Origin: an uncultured Planctomycetaceae bacterium
Lineage (GTDB): Bacteria > Planctomycetota > Planctomycetia > Planctomycetales > Planctomycetaceae
Length of the DNA: 64,000 bases
Reading direction: 5' to 3'
Assembly: GCA_963815195.1 (NCBI GenBank)
Contig: CAWFGE010000015.1
Coordinates: 256,001 to 320,000 of the forward strand
Shown one piece after another: positions 61,800 to 64,000 of this stretch. A program made the position numbers and the translations under genes. Below the pieces are notes generated by a model that worked only from the letters and a program-made list of their open reading frames with translations, was not told the DNA's origin and ran no database searches. Numbering within the stretch: the stretch's first letter is position 1; each line of letters starts with the position of its first letter.

Positions 61800-62019
61800 C
61801 CTGGGCCCGCTCCCCGAAAGCCAACCATGATACCGGCCACGACCTCGGGGCGGGGTATGAGAAAAATGCATTGGGGCGGGGTACAACGTTCCCGGTGCGG
61901 CCCTGACCGGAAGTAACGGATTTGCCAAATTCCGGCGGGAACAAACATCAACGAATGCGACAACAATTCGGCAATTATCGATCAAAACTGTGACCAGAGC
62001 GAGGCAAAGGACACCCAAG

Positions 62020-62789
62020 ACCCCTTCGACAGCCGCGAGATCCAGCTCTTGCCCCAACAGCAGGAGATCCACGACACACTGAAGGTGCATTGTCAGCAGG
62101 GCGGGCTCTGTCTGGTTCTCGGCGTTCCCGGCACCGGCAAGACCGTCATCAAGCAGTCGCTGCAACGGCTCCCTGAGAACCAGTACCTGATCGCTAGCGT
62201 CGCGCGGACTCTGCACACTTACACCAACACCGTCAAGATCCTTTGCAACGCCTTCCTCATCGAGTTCGAAAGCAACGCCTTCAAGTGCGAACGGAAACTC
62301 ATCGAGCAGGCGTTTAGCCTCAACCACGCCGGCAAGTGTCTGACCACGATCCTCGACGATGCCCATCTGATGGACCTGGCCAACCTGCGACAGCTGCGGT
62401 TGCTCTTCGAGGATTTTCCGAAGAATCACAATCTGGTGTTGATCGGCCAGCCCAGCCTGCTCGCCAATTTGGACCTGGGCGTCAATAGCGACATCAAAAG
62501 CCGCGTCACCTATTCGGTGATCACTAAGCGGCTAAACCCCGACGACCTGCGGGAGTTCCTCCTGCGCGAACTCGACCGCGTCGGCCTTGGACACAACACC
62601 TTGACCGACCCGGCCATCGACCTCATCGTCCGCTCGGCCGATGGCGTCCTCCGCAAGGCAAGAAACCTCTGCGTCGGCTGCCTGATCCAGGCGGTCCGCT
62701 CCGGCAACAAGACCATCGACATCGACAACGTCAACCGCGTCTTGCGGCAACCCCATTGGCAAAAGGAAAGCGACCTGACGGATTTTTGA
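62020..62789 (+). pseudogene. ExeA-like ATPase of copy A, 3' part (5' part at 58217-58250)
   Basis: Rejoins in frame to 267 aa after removing copy B. Confidence 0.88.
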
Positions 62790-62900
62790 TCGGATCCGCG
62801 ACCCATCCGTAAGCCCAAACCCATCTCGCTCGGACTCTCCAACGCTCCGCCATCACGGATGGAGTGTGGGAGAGTCGATCTCATCTCCCCGGAGCACGCC

Positions 62901-63230
62901 ATGATTCCCGCGAGCTTGCTGCGTCGAATCCGCAACGACCTGCCCATGCCGGTCACCCTCGCCGCCCTCGGCCACGAGGCCCCGCCGTCCAAGCATAGCG
63001 AGGGCTACTTCCGATTCCTCTGCCCGAACTGCGGCGAGATGAAAGCCACCGTCAACCCCAAGAACAACCTTGCCCATTGCTTCTGCTGCGGTCAGAATTT
63101 CAACAACATCGACCTCTTGATCCAGCTCGGCTACAACTTCCGCTCCGCCGTCGCCCTGCTGGAACAATGGCTGCAATGTTACCAAACCCAAGAAGCCCAA
63201 AAGCACAATCCGCCAACCGCGCCGAAATAG
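62901..63230 (+). CDS. CHC2-type zinc-finger protein (copy A)
   Basis: Identical to copy B protein. Confidence 0.75.
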   Translation: MIPASLLRRIRNDLPMPVTLAALGHEAPPSKHSEGYFRFLCPNCGEMKATVNPKNNLAHCFCCGQNFNNIDLLIQLGYNFRSAVALLEQWLQCYQTQEAQKHNPPTAPK

Positions 63231-63641
63231 TCACCTGCTCCAATCTCCATTCCATCGGCTCCAAAACACCTCGACGCTCACCATCCGTCCCACACAACAA
63301 TCCGCACCGCGAAATGCACCTCATCCAAAACCATCGCGCCCACCCGCTCCAGAATTCACAACAATTCGGCAAAACAACGGTTAGCAAGCCAAAATCCCTA
63401 CAGCGTTAATTCGGCAACGAATGCGACCACAATTAAGACGGGCACACTGAAGTGTCACAATTTCATCCTTTCCAAGATTCGCCACCGCCGCCTCCCTCGG
63501 GACCGAAATCCGTCACGATGGCGTGCGGTGGGCGAACGTGCGAGTCAGTCGCGAGACAAGCGACTCCCTCGCACTAACCACGAAATGAAACTGCGTAAGA
63601 CTTCGGGTTCACTAACTCCGGAAATTCAAGGTTCTGTGACA

Positions 63642-64000
63642 GCATGGGCGTCGCCCGGTTGCTGGATGCCGTCGCCAACGGACTCTTGCGAAGAAAGGAG
63701 CAACAGTCATGATGATCCGCGCTTTTTACGGACTGACTCAAGACCCGTTCGACCACTGCGAGATTCAGTTGTTACCACAGCAGCAGGAGATCCACGACAC
63801 ACTGAAGGTGCATTGTCAGCAAGGGGGACTCTGTCTGGTCCTCGGAGTTCCCGGCACCGGCAAGACGGTCATCAAGCAGTCGCTGCAACTGCTCCCCGAG
63901 AACCAGTACCTCATCGCCCCCGTCGCGCGGACTTTGCACACTTACACCAACACCGTGAAGATCCTTTGCAACGCCTTCCGCATCGAATTCGAAAGCAATG
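63642..64000 (+). mobile_element. Third, slightly diverged copy of the transposon: transposase 3' end plus ATPase 5' part (from 63709), running off the window
   Basis: MGVARLLDAVANGLLRRKEQQS then MMIRAFYGLTQDPF...GVPGTGKT. Confidence 0.85.

Larger units (their letters stand above)
58251..62013 (-). mobile_element. Four-gene TG...CA transposon, copy B (3763 bp), inserted in reverse inside the ATPase gene of copy A
   Basis: 6-bp TSD CCCAAG (58245-58250, 62014-62019); complete ends. Confidence 0.92.
54132..63446 (+). mobile_element. Four-gene TG...CA transposon, copy A (Zn-ribbon, DDE transposase, ExeA-like ATPase, CHC2 Zn finger), carrying two nested insertions
   Basis: Ends tgtcctttgcc (54132) and gacgggcaca (63446) match copy B; internal repeats gtcgcattcgttg and ttgccgaatt. 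Confidence 0.85.
53407..63641 (-). mobile_element. IS21-family shell: both ends present, istA and 5' istB deleted, filled by nested transposons
   Basis: tgtcagagaacc...agtta-ggaacccgaa...ttacgca at 53407 and related inverted tgtcacagaacc...agttagtgaacccgaa...ttacgca ending at 63641. Confidence 0.7.

Overview
GC-rich bacterial DNA, probably from a Planctomycete (sulfatase, Tat-signal enolase-family enzyme and the integrase and island gene types point that way; this is inference). About 3 kb of core genes (sulfatase 3' end, dgoD-like dehydratase, class II glutamine amidotransferase) are followed by about 61 kb of accessory DNA in five parts. (1) A 13.2-kb satellite-like integrative element (4707-17931) is bounded by direct repeats resembling a tRNA-Ser 3' end. 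It carries a type I R-M system, a primase-DUF3987 gene and a tyrosine integrase whose reading frame crosses the att core, so excision should swap its C-terminus. (2) A second island starts with a large serine recombinase. It carries a co-oriented cluster of TOPRIM, DUF1257, DUF2997, AAA ATPase, DUF3150-like, Zn-ribbon, ubiquitin-like, E2-like (plus 10 CxxC), JAB and E1 genes, i.e. a complete candidate bacterial ubiquitination pathway. (3) An IetAS-like AAA ATPase/S8 protease pair is interrupted by an IS. (4) An Rhs toxin of about 2100 aa with a lipase-type C-terminus is broken by two ISs and followed by a HEAT-repeat gene. (5) A nested pile of IS66, IS21, IS1380 and four-gene DDE/ExeA transposons ends the window. 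Two near-identical copies of an unusual 1679-bp element lack terminal inverted repeats but have CTAAC at both junctions and subterminal hairpins. Many genes carry frameshifts, and some of these may be assembly errors. All family calls come from motif recognition by eye; no database searches were run.
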